Of a stretch of DNA of 64,000 nt, positions 62,133 through 64,000 are shown one piece after another. The position numbers and the translations under genes were made by a program. The stretch is from Mantamonas sphyraenae STR306 (Eukaryota > Protista > CRuMs). The notes under the pieces were generated by a model. The model was given only the letters and a program-made list of their open reading frames with translations. It searched no databases and had not been told where the DNA came from. Each line of letters starts with the position of its first letter. The first letter of the stretch is position 1. The DNA lies in NCBI GenBank assembly GCA_026936335.1, contig JAPMXV010000034.1, forward strand, positions 62,001 to 126,000, read 5' to 3'.

Positions 62133-62413
62133 CTGCGTGTGTTTTGGGGTGTCAGTTCTTCTCTCCTTGCATCCGCGCCGGCATCCCACTCGATGAGTCC
62201 ACCACTTGTTTGACACAGTATGCCACATCTATGCATGAACCCACATTGTCCTTTAGTTTTGTTGGTTTGTGCGGGGCGGGGTTCATTTCATTCCATCTTC
62301 GTTTCGACCGACTCCCCACACCCCCTTCGGGCCCCTTCCAATTCCCACTCGTTCCAAATGACACACTCCGTGCATTTGCTTTGTGTGCTTCCGAGTCTGT
62401 GTGTGCACAATGA

Positions 62414-63410
62414 CTACATCCCAAGTTTACCCAGACTGTGCATCCTCTCCTGCCCGATCTTGGACACGGCCGCTGCCATGTGCTCAAACATGCTTTGGCA
62501 TCCATCCGACGCCAGTTTTACCACTTGCTCAAAGTTGTCTGTGTGCAGTTTGGCGTCCATTTGCAACGCCATGATTTTGCCCGACTGCGGCAAGATCGCA
62601 AGGGTCAGGTCAGCGCCCCCCGCGGAGGCCTCGACGTAATTCAAATCTGCAGGTGTGTGGTTGTGTGCACGAAAGAGAGAGAGAGTGTGTGTGTGAGTGT
62701 GTGAGAGAGAGTGTGTGTGTCCAGCATTGTGTGTGGTGTGCGTCGCCACACTGGAGGCGGCTCTGGCGCGTCGATACCGTTACAGCACACACTGCCTTTC
62801 ACCTACCAAGCAACGCATTCCCGTCCACATAACCTGCGCTGCACGCACAAACAAAATCGTTCATGGGCACACCTGCGTCCACCAGCGCCAGCGTAGCTGC
62901 GTTGATAGCTGCGCTGCGAAGTGACCCGTCCGACTGCAACACCTGGACGTAGATGTCGATCTGGCTGCGTGGAAACAGCTCTGTCTGGATGACGCCCTCA
63001 AACGTTTGCTTGATTACAGACGACATCTCCTGTGCTTTCCTGTGGCGTGTGCACAGGCACCGCGTGAGCAAAGCGGCCTCTTCGTATGTTCTTCCGCAGC
63101 CCGCAGCCCGCAGCCGCAGACACCCCCCTTACCTGTTGTTCTTGCTGCTTGCTTTGCGTTGCGCCGTGCTAAACGCAGCCGTACTGTACTGGCACGTGAT
63201 TACAGCACGCTCATGCGAGCTCTTTGCACGTTGCTTGAGCTCTCGAGGTCCGTGCACCACAGCAATCACCCTGCTGTTGCCCAACTGGAAGTATGCCGAG
63301 CCATCTGCTCGCTGAAACGGCGACAGCACACAGCGCACCTTGCGCAGCTCTCCTGCACGCCGGCCGTCCAACCGCAAGCCCTCGGGCGACACGAACTCAC
63401 TTCGCGACAT
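62414..63410 (-). CDS. EXOSC4: Exosome complex component Rrp41
   Basis: SPEGLRLDGRR..ELR, ADGSAYF..GN, PRSQIDIYVQVLQSDG and INAATLALVDAG motifs; 2 introns. Confidence 0.95.
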
Positions 63411-63611
63411 GAAAAATCTCGAGGCGGCGTTTGGTCTGGTCTGCTTTGCGCAAATCTTCGTCCTGCAGGTTGAACAAGACACAGCACACTCTTGTTCAGC
63501 CACGATACTTCTCTTGTGTCCCAAGACGATCTCTGCTCGTGCAAATCACCCGTTTTGTTTTGCTCCCGTCTTCCTTCCCAAGCCTCTCTCCTCCCCAATT
63601 CGTCCACCAGA

Positions 63612-64000
63612 TCACTTCTTGGTCGAGTTGAGGTTTTCCAAGATGGCCACGCCGCCGAGGCCGCCGGCGGCACACACAGAGATCATGGAGTACTTGTTGC
63701 CCGTACGCCTGAGGTCGTTGGCGGCGGCGGTGACAATACGACCACCGGTGGCGGCAAAGGGGTGGCCAATGGCAATGGATGACCCGTTGGGGTTGATCTT
63801 CTCGGCTGGGATGGTGCCCAGGGCGCCGTCGAGACCCAGGACGTCCTTGCAGAAGCTTTCGCTTTCGAGCACCTTGATGGTGGACAGGCACTGGGCAGCA
63901 AAGGCCTCGTGCATCTCCACGGTGTCAATGTCGTCCAGAGTCAGACCAGCCTTGGCCAGAGCCTGCGGGATGGCCACGGCGGGCGCCAGCAGCAGCTGGG
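63612..64000 (-). CDS. 3-ketoacyl-CoA thiolase (trifunctional enzyme beta/FadI type), 5'-partial
   Basis: HEAFA, GHPFAATG and CAAGG motifs. Confidence 0.9.
   Translation of the reverse strand, partial: QLLLAPAVAIPQALAKAGLTLDDIDTVEMHEAFAAQCLSTIKVLESESFCKDVLGLDGALGTIPAEKINPNGSSIAIGHPFAATGGRIVTAAANDLRRTGNKYSMISVCAAGGLGGVAILENLNSTKK

Noticed and set aside
16540-63410. Apparent clustering of ribosome-biogenesis genes (GAR1, UTP21, snoRNAs, RRP41)
   Set aside because: They are dispersed among unrelated housekeeping genes, which is compatible with chance in a dense genome.

Overview
A very gene-dense, GC-rich eukaryotic nuclear segment, probably from a free-living protist; the taxon cannot be established from the sequence alone. 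It holds about 37 protein-coding genes with short spliceosomal introns, and intergenic spacers are often only 25-100 bp. Most genes are housekeeping: SF3A1, CDP-DAG synthase, TTC5, PSMA5, GAR1, UTP21/WDR36, UQCC1, uS5m, POLA2, GPAA1, TRAPPC8, a TPP1-like peptidase, cornichon, GMF, a BAR protein, thioredoxin, ICMT, an AGFG-type ArfGAP, RRP41 and a thiolase. The following are hidden from or poorly shown by the ORF track. (1) Two box C/D snoRNAs, predicted to be snR78/U52-like and snR77/SNORD65-like, sit in the fungal cluster order, each in its own intron of an apparently non-coding host transcript (35.5-36.3 kb). (2) There is a three-exon APC13 microgene. (3) A divergent HSF-type DNA-binding domain is assembled through a 40-nt micro-exon. 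(4) There is a Byr4/Bfa1-like protein. (5) There is a gustatory-receptor-like/DUF3537-like multipass membrane protein. (6) Three genes look prokaryotic: a perosamine-synthase-type aminotransferase, a SAM methyltransferase and a DUF4349 protein; the first two carry introns. All family assignments come from motif recognition by eye, not database searches, and exon boundaries are manual predictions.
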